IMG/VR virus record: IMGVR_UViG_3300012662_000013
Location: 1-43,404 of that record
DNA: 43,404 nucleotides
Origin: a virus
Lineage: Duplodnaviria > Heunggongvirae > Uroviricota > Caudoviricetes
Strand: one strand, 5' to 3'
The notes under the pieces are model-generated. The model saw only the letters and a program-made list of their open reading frames with translations. It did no database searches and was not told the origin of the DNA. The number at the start of each line of letters is the position of its first letter. The first letter of the stretch is position 1. The position numbers and the translations under genes are program-made. Below are positions 26,913 to 39,000 of the stretch, in pieces.

Positions 26913-27198
26913 ATATAATTTTAATATTGATAATAGTTTAATTAATACCAATATTAATAGATTAACTAACTAGATATGGAAATTAATTCCTATGAAAGAA
27001 AATGAAGAAGATTGGTTATCTTAGTTAAATACTGTAATTATTGAATTAACTGGTCTTGGAGAAATTTTTAATGATAGTTAGTATTTAATTCTTTTAAGTA
27101 AATTAGAAGGATTAAAAGGTACTGAAATGGAATTTCCTATTTATAGAAAGACGGTGTTTGAAGCTATCACTCTATTAAGGGGGCTTCACATTGAATAA
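26905..27198 (+). CDS. hypothetical neck-region protein, 97 aa (3 TAG)
   Basis: GGAGG RBS. Overlaps both neighbours. Invisible in the standard code. Confidence 0.7.
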
Positions 27199-28186
27199 GA
27201 ATGAATATTTAGATGCGATGTATAATCGTATTCCAAAAGCTAATATGCTTACAAGATATTTATACGGCGGTGGAGTAACAGGTCAATAGGATAGAATGAT
27301 AAGAGATAAACGTAAAAGTTTAAGTAGAGCTTTACTTTACTCTTATTAGGCGGCACAAGTTAAAAAATTATATGATAATAACGATAATATTGAACGTCGT
27401 GCATTAATTAATCCTGATAAACTTAAATAGGATTATGATGAAAAAATTATTTCCATTGGATTTGAAAGTAATTTTAAGACTGGCGATATTTTTCAATGGC
27501 TCGGTACTAATACTTATTGGTTAATTTATTTATAGGATTTAACTGAATTAGCTTATTTCCGCGGCAATATAAGACGTTGTTCTTATGAAATTGCTTGGGA
27601 AGATGAAGATAAGAATTACCATAAAACTTATGTGGCCTTACGTGGTCCCGTTGAAACTAAAATAAATTATATTCAAAAACATGAAATCAGTATAGACACT
27701 CCTAACCATTCTTTAAATATATTGTTACCTTATAATGATGATAATGTAAAATTATGTTAGCGTTATAATAAATTTTATTTATAGAATGACCCTAATAAAA
27801 CGTGCTGGCGTATTGAAGCTACTGACTTATATTCTACTCCTGGAATAATTGAGATTAATGCAGTTGAATATTATTCTAATGAAACTGCTGACGATGTTGA
27901 TAATGGTATTGTTGGCGGTTTAATAGAGCCAATTCAAGACCCTAATGAAGGTAAAGAAAATGGTATAATTGGAGATACCTTTATTAAACCAAAAATAGTG
28001 TATGAGTATAAATATGATGGAATTAAATCTGGCAAATGGACTTGGGATAAAAAATTACCATTAACAGTTAAAGTTGATGAAGAATCAAAAACTTTAAAAC
28101 TACGATGGGAAACTACTTATTGCGGATAGTTTGATTTATTCTATGGGCCAGAATGTAAAACCATTGTAGTAGAATCTTTATTTTAA
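27191..28186 (+). CDS. putative head-closure/neck protein, 331 aa (7 TAG)
   Basis: AGGGGG RBS then TTG. No TAA/TGA in frame. Function inferred from synteny. Confidence 0.6.
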
Positions 28187-28207
28187 AGATGAAGGAGAAA
28201 CCGGAGA

Positions 28208-28798
28208 ATGAAAATCGATAATGTAAAAAATCCAGAGTCAGCATTTTTGGCCCAAGAGAAAGATATGAAAATTATTGTTGATCGTATGGCCGCGAATCAA
28301 CGTTTACGTAAATTACTTTATTATACTACTCCTGATGCTTTAAGAAAGCCAGAAGTAAGTGATTAGAATTTTGTAAAGATGTTTGGCAGAAATATTAGGA
28401 ATTTACCGAAACTTTATATAGATAAGGATGTTTTAAATTATATAGTTATTAGTTTTGATAATTTTGCTCCTAATGGAGAAAATCCTGAATTTAGAGATAA
28501 TACTATTGAATTTGATATTGTTTGTCATTATGATTAGTGGCAATTAGATGATTCATTTTAGTTAAGACCTTATAGAATTGCTGCTGAACTTGATAGTATG
28601 CTTGATAAAAAACATTTAACTGGAATTGGGCAACTTAATTTTATTGGCGCTTAGCAAATTATATTAACTGATGAATTTGCTGGACTTTGTTTATTATATG
28701 ATACAATACACGGAGGAGAAGATAAAAAATATATGCCAAATCCTGCTGATGAACAAATGTTTATCGAGGATTATTTTAAAATGCCTAAGATGAATTAA
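28208..28798 (+). CDS. putative tail terminator/completion protein, 196 aa (4 TAG)
   Basis: GGAG RBS. FDIVCH...RPYRIAAELD..L pattern. TAATG overlap with the next gene. Confidence 0.55.
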
Positions 28799-29532
28799 TG
28801 GATTATAAACTTAGTTTGATGTGCGGGACAGACTTACCTGTTCCAGAAATTCCATTAACTCTTCATTAGCCTAAGATAAAGGAAATAGCATTAATTGGCG
28901 AAAAAGAATTTTTTACTGGTGCTCAGTGTCTTTGTATTAATAAAAATAGTATTATAGACTAGGACAAAAACGGTTTAGATACTACTACCAATTTTTAGAT
29001 ATTTATGATGGTAATGCTATAGAAAGATAATACTGAACGGCGAAAAGCTGCACAAAAGGTTCTATCATTACTATTCCCAAATTCAAAGTCTACATTTACT
29101 CCTAGGTCTATTATTATTTAGTATAATGATAGTGATATTTAGATTAATATGGATAATGACAACTTTGAATTGTTTTAGTAGGTAGCAAGGCAAATTTTTT
29201 GCTTTGATACTAATAAAAATGGGCAAGATAATTATAATCCTGCTAATAAGAAAGCTCAAGAAATAGCTAATAAATTAATGAAAGGGCGTCAAAGGGTCGC
29301 TGAACTTAAAGGGGTTACCGATTCAAGCATTTTGAGCCAATACGTTTCTACTTTGACTATTGGACTAGATTCAATGTCATTAGAAGATTGTATGAATTTA
29401 ACATTGTATTAGTTATACGATTTAATAGAAAGATTCTCTCTTTATACTAATTGGGATATTGATGTAAGGAGTAGATTAGCAGGAGCCAAGTCAGACAAAA
29501 AGCCTGACAATTGGATGAAAAACATTCATTAA
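28798..29532 (+). CDS. tail-region protein, possibly chaperone-like, 244 aa (9 TAG)
   Basis: Translationally coupled start. No TAA/TGA in frame. Confidence 0.65.
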
Positions 29533-29611
29533 TTTTGTATAAATCGCTTTACTAATTTTTGTAGCGAGTTATATAAATAAAATTTAAATTTTATTAAGGA
29601 GGAAATAACCT

Positions 29612-30709
29612 ATGAAATTTGGTGTTCGTGAGATATGCGATGTCGTATTAAAAGCTCGTGCTCCTATGAAGGTTGGTAATAAAGTTTTCTATGCGAACGA
29701 ACCAGTTCTTTATTTCGATACATTAAAGACTTCTAGCCTTGAGGGTGCTTCTACGACCGTATATGCACAAGGCGGACGCGGCAATGCTCGTTTAGTAGCT
29801 TGGGACGGCGACCGTACTTTAACATTCACTATGGAAGATGCTCTTATTTCTGCTGAAGGTTTCATGATTCTTTCTGGTGCTGGCTTAATTGATGCTACTG
29901 CTAGTAATACTATCAAGCAGCACGTAACTGAAAAGACTACTGCCGTTGTTTTAGCTGAAGATAAGAAGAGTGTTCAGATTTATACTACTAACCTTCCTTA
30001 TGAATATATTTCTAAGGATGGCAAGCGTGATGGTGAATATTACATTTATGCTATGTTAGTTGACAATGATGAGCCTGTTACTGAACCTTATTTACCCACT
30101 GTAATTCGTACTGGTACTAAAGCTGATAGATTCCATTATGTTGAAGCTAGTAAGAGTTATGAAAAGTTAGCTTCTGATGAAGAAGTTACTGCAGCTCAAG
30201 ATAAGGGCGAAACTATTTATTATGGTCTTCAGATTAAAGCTATAACTGAGAATGCTGATGATAATATTAAGGGCTATGCTATCGTTGATGGTAAGACCGA
30301 AGATGATTATCATAAGCTTGCTAAGTTTGAGAATGGCGTTGTTCTTCTTGACTATTATGTTGAAAAGGCTAGTAAGGCAAAGCAGATTGAAATTACCGCT
30401 GAATCTTTCGGTGGCAACTTCTATCTTGAAGCTTCTACCTTATTCCGTACTCAGGATGGTGTTGATCTTCCTGCTGAGTTTATAATTCCTAACTGCAAAG
30501 TTCAGTCTAACTTTACTTTCAGTATGGCTGCTACTGGCGATCCTTCAACTTTCACTTTCACTCTTGATGCATTCCCTGGAACTACTCGTTTCAATCCTAC
30601 TAAGAAAGTTCTTGCGGCTATCTAGATTATCGAGGAAATCACCGATGCTTCCATGTATCGTACTCAGACTGTCCACGATTCTAAACATGATAGCTACTTT
30701 GATATTTAA
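29612..30709 (+). CDS. major tail tube protein, 365 aa (single TAG at codon 338)
   Basis: AAGGAGG RBS. Beta-rich, highly expressed codon style. Position upstream of the tape measure gene. Confidence 0.75.
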
Positions 30710-30711
30710 TT

Positions 30712-30870
30712 ATGATTATTAATTCTCGTGCCCCTCGTCCTGAGAAGGCTTATGAAGAAAAAGTTGTAGTTGAAGAATCAAAGAAGGAAACCAAAGCTAC
30801 TGTAAAAACTAAAGAAGCTCCTCTCACTGAAGATGAGCTTATTAATAAAATTATTAAAGGAGAGGGTTAA
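30712..30870 (+). CDS. 52-aa K/E-rich small ORF (MIINSRAPRPEKAYEEK...)
   Basis: ATG 2 nt after the tail-gene TAA, with no RBS. Codon style matches the tail gene. Ends in the terminator. Confidence 0.5.
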   Translation: MIINSRAPRPEKAYEEKVVVEESKKETKATVKTKEAPLTEDELINKIIKGEG

Positions 30871-30887
30871 TCCCTCTCCTTTTTTTT
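30856..30887 (+). terminator. intrinsic terminator
   Basis: AAAGGAGAGGG/CCCTCTCCTTT stem followed by a T-run. Confidence 0.85.
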
Positions 30888-30911
30888 ATTTTGTGAAAAA
30901 GGAGATAATAT

Positions 30912-32282
30912 ATGGCAAAACAAAATTGGCGTTCATTTAATAGACGTACTCTAAATTAGGCTTTTAAAGTTGCGGCTAGTAGAGGAAGAAGTAATGGTTT
31001 ACCTACTCCTAACTATTTAGCTAATATATATAATGATTATCGAGAGTAGATAAGATCTAAATTTAAATTGGGTTTTCAAAATTAGACATTGCGTCAATAG
31101 GATAAAAATGCGATGATTTTAGAAAAATTTTTAAATGCCTTAAAATTTTATAGTGCTTCAGGAAATTTATAGGGTTTTAGGAATTTATCTTAGTGGTCTG
31201 ACTTAGAAGAAGTGTTAAGTACTGAAGTATTATTAGAAGTTATAAATAATTTAAAATAGGTAAATTCAGGCTTGTTTAATCATTTATAGTTTACTTTTGT
31301 AGCTCCCTTAGGAGAAAAAGATATATAGGGTAAAGTTTGGGAATAGAAGTTGGCAGAAGTGAGTGCTACTTTAGAAGCTACTTTAGCAGGAAAAGATAAT
31401 AAATGGTGGAATGATAATAAAACCATTCAGGTAGGTAAACATTGGACTGGAGAATTAAAAGATAATACAATAGACTTAATTTCTCCAGTAGAAGATATTA
31501 GTACATAGATAGGATTAAACTTATACCGTTAGTCTTCTCATAATTAGGCTATAAATCAAGCTAAGTAGAATATATATTTCACAAAAGGTAGCGATAAATC
31601 TAAAGAAAAATTAAAAGGATTATTGGATTAGGAAATATCAGTGCAATCAGCGAAAAATAAATAGATTAAAATTGATGCCACTGGTGGATGGGTTTTAAAT
31701 GAAAATTATAGTGCTACAGCAACTATTCCACAAATTTTAATTGATGCTTTTAAAGATGCTACTTTTTCTGCTAAATCTTATTAGAAAGGTAAATATATAG
31801 AAGTCGGTGGAACAGCAGCATATAAAATTTTTATGACTGTAGCTCCTGGAGATTATCAGGAAAAACATTATAGATATTGCCGCATGTTAAATTGTTTACA
31901 TCATCATAGTGGTTTTCATGATGACAGTAAAATATATATATATAGAATAAGAGCTTTATATGAATTAGCAGGAGCTAATCAAAAACTAGGAGAGGGTTAG
32001 CTAGTTGATTCTATTATTAAAGATTTAATAGATAATCCTACAGGAGCTAAATATTTAGTAATAAATAATCCTACTGCGTAGTACACTGGTATTAAAGTCA
32101 TTCCTACTTCTTAGATTGCTAGAGCTGCTGAAGAATATATATTCTTTAATAAAAAATATGGAACTTTAGGAGAGTTTTTAGATGCCAATCAATATGGACT
32201 ATCAGTTCACCAAGCTCTTGATAGTAAAATTGTTTTAAATATGAATTATTCTGAATTATATAAAAATATATCTTAGAGTTAA
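30912..32282 (+). CDS. hypothetical protein, 456 aa (about 21 TAG), completely absent from the ORF track
   Basis: AAAGGAG RBS then ATG. 1371 nt with no in-frame TAA/TGA in very AT-rich DNA. Confidence 0.8.
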
Positions 32283-32289
32283 AAATTTT

Positions 32290-32318
32290 TTGACTTTGAA
32301 AAAATTTTTTGTTATAAT
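32290..32318 (+). promoter_or_regulatory. internal sigmaA-consensus promoter
   Basis: TTGACT-TTGAAAAAATTTTTTGT-TATAAT. Confidence 0.8.
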
Positions 32319-32395
32319 ATATTTGTTAAGAAAATAAAAATTAAAAAATTTACCTAGGTAATTTTTTAAAATATTATAAAGAAGGAGGCGAAGTA

Positions 32396-32923
32396 ATGGC
32401 AAAGTTATCATTTACCAAGCTCGCACTTCAAAAAAACTCTTAGGTAAAAGATTGGAGTTTTAACGAGTAGCTTATTGAAGTAAAACAATATCTACCTATT
32501 AAAGAGCGAATGGATATTGCTTAGACGGTCATTCAACAAGTCATTGATTTTAATAATGAATTTTTGAATGAATTTGCTTTCCATATGTATATGGATTTAG
32601 CAATAGTATTTAATTATACAAATCTATCTTTTACCGATAAGCAGAAGGAAGACTTGTATAAGCTTTATGATTTATTTGTCGGTTCTGGATTTATGAAAGA
32701 GCTGAAGAAACAAGTAGATTGTAATCAAACTGATGATTTAGAAGTCTATACTTATGAAACGCTTAATGGATATTATAAGTATCGTAATAGTGTTTATGGC
32801 ATTATGGATATTATGGGTTCCGACTACGGTTCATTAGCTACAGAAGCTGAATCATTAAGAAAATCTATTTCTGACCCCGATAGCTTAAATGTCTTAAAAG
32901 AGACTTTAACCAATTTAGGATAA
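32396..32923 (+). CDS. putative tail assembly chaperone, 175 aa (3 TAG)
   Basis: AAGGAGG RBS then ATG at 32396. Directly upstream of the tape measure gene. Confidence 0.6.
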
Positions 32924-32961
32924 AGTAATAGAGATTATTCCTAAATTAAATAGGAATATAT

Positions 32962-32997
32962 AAAGGGTATGAGGATATTCCTCATACCCTTTTTTTA
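32962..32997 (+). terminator. intrinsic terminator before the tape measure gene
   Basis: AAAGGGTATGAGGA/TCCTCATACCCTTT stem followed by a T-run. Confidence 0.85.
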
Positions 32998-33034
32998 ATT
33001 ATATAAATAGGAATTGAGAGAAAGGAGAAAACAT

Positions 33035-36000
33035 ATGGCTAATAATAGTGCCCAATATGATGTAAGACTTGCCTTTTCAGCAGATGTAGCTTAGGCAAGA
33101 TAGCAATTAAAAAGTTTACAAGATGAATTAAGTAAACTTAGTACATTGAAAGATGTAAGTGTTGGAACTCGTTTAACGAAAGAGTTAGAATAGGCTTCTT
33201 TAAAAGCGGCTGATTTAAAAGTAATGCTTGAAAAGGCAACTGATATTAATACAGGCAAGTTAAATCTAACTTCTTTCTCTAATTAGCTAACTAAAAATGG
33301 AGAAAGCCTATCTACTTATAGGAAAGCATTAAGTGCTCTAGGTCCTCAAGGTGAAGAAGCTTTTTTACAATTAACATAGAGTGTAATTACTGCTGATGCG
33401 GCTTTAACTACAGGTAGTAAGAAATTAAATGAATTTAAAAAGACTTTAGCCAATACAGTAAAATGGCAAATTTCTTCTAATATTACTCATGGTATTGTGG
33501 GAGAACTTTAGACTGCCTATTATTATGCTAAAGATTTAGATAGGGCTTTAACTGATATCAAAATTGTTACAGAAGATAGTGCTGGCTCTATGGCCGATTT
33601 TGCCTAGAAAGCTAATAAAGCAGCTTAGTCTTTAAGTACTACTACTAAAGATTATGCTTAGGCTTCTTTAATTTACTATCAGTAGGGTTTAAGTGATAAA
33701 GAAGTAGAAGCAAGAACGGCGGTTACTATTAAAATGGCAAATGCTGCTGGTGAAAGTGCATCTAAAGTGTCTGATTAGCTAACGGCTGTTTGGAATAACT
33801 TCTATGATGGTAGTAAATCTCTTGAGTATTATGCTGATGTAATGACAAAACTTGGCGCTTATACTGCCTCTAGCACTGATGAAATTTCAGAAGGTATTTA
33901 GAAATTCGCTTCTGTAGCTAATACAATTGGTCTTAGTTATGAATATGCGACATCTGCCTTAGCTACTTTAACAGCGAAAACACGTGAAAGTGCTAACGTA
34001 GTAGGTAATAGTCTTAAGACCCTTTTTGCACGTATTTAGGGTTTATCTCTTGGAGAAACTCTAGAAGATGGTACTGATTTAAATAAATATTCTACAGCTT
34101 TGGCAAAAGCTGGTATTGATATTAAAGATTAGAATGGCGAGTTAAGAGATATGAATTCTATCCTTGATGAAATGATGAACAAATGGGATGGAATGAGCCG
34201 TGCCCAGTAGGTAGCATTAGCTCAAACTGTAGCGGGTGTGCGTCAATATACTTAGCTTATTAATCTTATGGAAAATAAGGATTATTTTAAAGAGTTAGTT
34301 GGAGTAGCGGAAAATTCTGAAGGAACGTTATAGATATAGGCAGATATATTTGCTGATAGTTGGGAAGGTGCTCGAAAAAGAGTTCAGGCTGCTGCTGAAG
34401 GCATTTATGATAGCTTAATTGATGAAGAGTTTTTTAAAGATGTTGATAATGTTGTTACTGTAGTATTAAATGGTATTAATGCTACCATTAAAGGATTAGG
34501 TGGAGTTAAAGGAGTAGTATCTAATATTAGCGCTTTAATTTTAAATATATATAAAAAAGATATTACTAGCGGATTAAATAATTTTGGAACAATGTTAAAA
34601 AATCTAACTCCATAGGGTTAGGCTTCTATAGAAGCTCGTAGACAAGAAGCTTTAGAGCAATAGAAAAAATTATATACTGGAGGCATTACTCCTAGTGAAT
34701 TAAATTCTTGGGAAACTGCAAGTTATCAAGATGATGCTAGATATGAAAAATATACTAAATTAGCGGAAGTTGAATAGTAGATTTTAAATATTTCTAAAGA
34801 TTTAACAGAAGAAGAAAAAAAATAGGCTGGATTGTATTTAGATATATTGAATGCTGCTTCTGATAGAAAAGTTCTTACTAGCTAGCAAGTTGATCAAGCT
34901 AAAGAGCAATATCAAACTATAGCCTCTTCATTAATTCATTCTTTGCGTTTAGCAGGAGCTGGAGATAGAGATGTTACAGAAGTTATTAGAAAAAATAATA
35001 ATTATTTAAATGCAGCGAGTATAGCTTATTCATCTAATACTATCAGTAAAGTTGATGAAAAATCTCCTTTCGATACAGTATTACAATCTTCAAAAATAAA
35101 AGATATTGAAAATCTACAAAAAATGATTAATGATCTATAGAATTTTAATGATTTTGATTTTGCAAGATTTAATGAAGATGCTTTTATAGGAATAAAAACA
35201 TCTTTAGATGAATTAATAACTAAATTAAAAAATGGTACAGCAACAGCTAAGGAATTTAATAAAGTCTTAGAAGATACTGGTAAATTTACTATGACAGCTG
35301 CTTTTGGATAGAGAGAACAAATAGATCCAAAAACTGGTAATATTACCTAGTCAGCCATTCCAGGGGCTAGACAAGAAGTCCAAGAACAAATGGAAATAGC
35401 TACAGTATATACAGAAGCTACTGGTCCTGCTTAGCAATTAGCTTAGGCTACATAGGGTCTTAATGTAGCTATGGAAAGATAGATTAAAACTAGCAATGAA
35501 GTTAAAGCCAGTGAAGAAGGAACTACTGAAGCAGTAAAAAAATTAGGAAATAGTACTGTTGAAGCTAGCGATAAAATAGTAGCTTTTAGTACTTCAGCTA
35601 TGAATATAGCTGGAATTTTTAACTCGCTTTAGGGAGTTGTTAACATTTGGTCTAATGATAATTTATCAGGATGGGAAAAAATTTTAGGGACATTAACTAG
35701 CCTAGGGATTCTTTTACCTAATTTAGTAAGTTTAGGTAAAGCTATGACTATAATAACTCAAAAAATTACAGTTGCTAAAACTCAAGAAGCTGCTGCTCAT
35801 ACTCTTAATGGAAATGCGATACAAGCTGAAGGGGAATAGGCTAAATTAGCTAATAAAAATTTTTCTATATTAGGTAAATCAATGAGTGGTATTAGTGCTG
35901 CGGCGGGTTGGATTAGCATTGCTTTAACTGCTTTAACACTTATTATTTCAGCTGTATCAGCTGCGATTGAAGAAGCTAAAGAAAAACGAGCTGAATTTGC

Positions 36001-39000
36001 ATAGACTACTAAAGAAACTTATGAATAGACTAAATAGGAAATAGAAGAAAATGAAAAACTTGTTACTTCTTATCAAGAATTATTAGAAACTTATAAAAAA
36101 ACTGGCGAAGGAAAAACAGATTTAGTAAATACTTCAATAGAATTAATTGATGTATTTGATATAGAAAATGGTAGTTTATTATTATTATAGGGAAATTATG
36201 AAGAATTAACCAAACGTATTTTGGAAGCTAAATAGGCTAAAGATACATTAGCTATTGGTGAGGCTAAAGCAGCTTATTTTGCAGCAAATGATACAGTTAA
36301 GGATGAGTTAGGTAGTACTTTTGGTTCTTATTGGGATATTGCTAGTGAAAATGCTGGAGATAATCAAGGATCTCGTTTATAGATTGCTCATATAGCTGGT
36401 TCAGATTATGATATTATGTAGCAATATTTAAATTCTGTAGAAGGCTCTTCTAATTGGACTGTTAAAAATTTCCAAGGGAATGGAGCTTTTGATATTGCTA
36501 ATGTAATAGATTTTTATGATAATGCTAATACAAATATGTAGTAGTTTAGCGAGTGGGCTTAGAAAGAAACATCTAATGGAGGATTAGGTTGGTCTGAAGA
36601 ATAGGTTAATGAATATCTAGAAGAAAGTCGTACTAGCTTAGCTTCTATAAAAACTTTGGTTGATGGATGGAAAGATATTCAAAATGATACTAATTTAGCT
36701 ATTTTAAATGCTTCAATGAATGAATATGATGAAACTAAAGTTAAAGATTTGCCTTCTTATTTAAAATAGAGAGAAGTATTCACTAATCAGAAAGACGATT
36801 TAGAAGTTGGATATACTTCTAACCCTGATGAAATTATTACTAGCTTTTTAGGAACAAATTCTAAAACTTCTGATTATGAAACTCTTCTTAATGGATTACA
36901 ATCTTGGTATGATTAGTATTCTTCATTTTTACCGAATTTTGAAGAAATTATAAATAGTGGATTAACTGACGAAGAATTAAAAGTATTAGTCAATATCGAT
37001 CCTAGAATAACCGGTGGTTCTTTAGAAGATTTACAAAATTAGATATAGAAATATTTAAAAACTCATCCGGTAGATATATCTGCCGATATTAAAGCAGGTA
37101 AAAAGGCTTTAAAAGAAGATATGTCTGGAAAAAATGATTGGAAAGATTTTTGGGAAGCTACCAGTAATATCACTTGGGGGAAAAATGGTATTGTTAGTTA
37201 GGCTGATTTTTAGGGAATGCAATATGGTCAATAGCAGAAATACCTTAATGAATTATATTCTCAAAATGCCTAGACTTTTTCTCCTGAAGAAAGAATAGCT
37301 AGAGCTACTGAAGAAAATGCTGAGTTAGAATAGCAAATAAATAATTTAAAAGGTTTATCAGATGAATAGGTAACCGAATTACAAAGAGGCAATTTAACAG
37401 AGAAACAAAATTAGGCTTATGATGATTTTTCTAATTATGAAACTTAGATAAATAATTTATTAGAAGCTTATAAAAATTCTGATAATTATGGAAAATATAA
37501 CGATAGCTCTTGGTATGAAGATATGCTTTTCTCTAACACAGCTTTTAATAATCCAGGGATGTATGATAATTGGATTAATACCTTGATTGCTAGAATAGGA
37601 GGTACTCCTGAAAATTTCATAAAACCTGAAGTAACTACAGAGAATAATTTAATTGAAGGACGAGATACCAAAAGAAATTTAGAGAATTAGAGACAAGGGT
37701 TTTAGGAAGATAATATTACATAGTTAGAAAAAGAGCAAGCAGAAAATACTAGAGAATTATAGAATGCTTTAATAGATTATAATACTGAAATATCAAGAAC
37801 AATACAGAATTTAGCCAATACTGATTTAAAAATTGGAGATATTATTTAGCCTGAATAGGTTGAAGCTTTAAAAGCTATTGGCATAAATTTAGATGATTAT
37901 TTCATTCCAATGGAAGATGGTACTTATAAATTAATTACTGCTGCTGAAGAATTTAATAGAATCGTTGGTAAGGCTAGCATCTAGAATGCTTATAATGGTG
38001 CTGATATCATTATTCAAAATTTATAGGATAGTGGGCATTTTTTAAAAACTAATGGTTTATCAGATAAAGAAATTCGAGAACAAGCAAGAGTTTAGGCAGA
38101 AGATATTATTGATAATTAGGGACAGACTAACTGGAGTGAAGAACGTAAATAGGCTTATTTAGATGCAGCTAAAGTAGATTCTACTTAGTTTGATAGTATA
38201 GATGAGGCAATGGTTGAAGCAGCTTAGCGGCTTAAAAAAGAAATTGAAAATGGAGATTATATCATTGATGTTACCATTAAAAATGCTAATTCTATGTCTG
38301 AATTAGAAAATTTAGCTAAAGAGGCTGGATGGAATAAAACTGATAAAGAATATACTGATGCTATTTTAAATTATCAAGCTGAAAATGGTAATAGCTTAGG
38401 CCGTGATGAAGCTATAGCTGTTCAACGAGATTCTTAGAATAAATAGGCTGCTGATGAAGCTTTAGCAGAAGCTTAGAAATAGGAAAATAAAGCTAGAGAA
38501 GCTGTATATAATGCTACAGGAAATGATTCTCGTGGAATATCAAATCGAGTATTAGCAGAAGAAGAATTAGAAAAGGCAATAAATAAAAGAGTTGAAGCTG
38601 AAACAAAAGTTAAAGAGGCTGATGATAAATTAGCTAATTCAACAGAAACTTTGAGTAAAAAAATGAAAAAAGTTGATTTTACAGAAACTGTTAAAAATTT
38701 AAAGGAATATGCAGATAAATTAAAATCAGCGGGAAAAGGTACTGAAGAATATGAATAGTCTCTTAACGGTATGGCGGAAGAACTTTAGAATGCTTTTGGC
38801 GGAAATTTTGACGCAGAAATAGTTAAAAAACATCAAAATTTGATTAATAAATTAATAAATGGTACAGCTTAGGCTAGACGAGATGCAGCTGCTCAACTTT
38901 CTATAATAGGTCAAGACAGTAAATTTAAAACTAATATGGAATAGGCTTTTGAAGGAGCAGAAGAGGAAGTGCAAACTAAAGTAAATGAAATTACTTCTGC

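Noticed and set aside
32396-33035. Classical G/G-T tail chaperone -1 frameshift
   Set aside because: No X-XXY-YYZ slippery site near the stop, and no open overlapping frame before the terminator.
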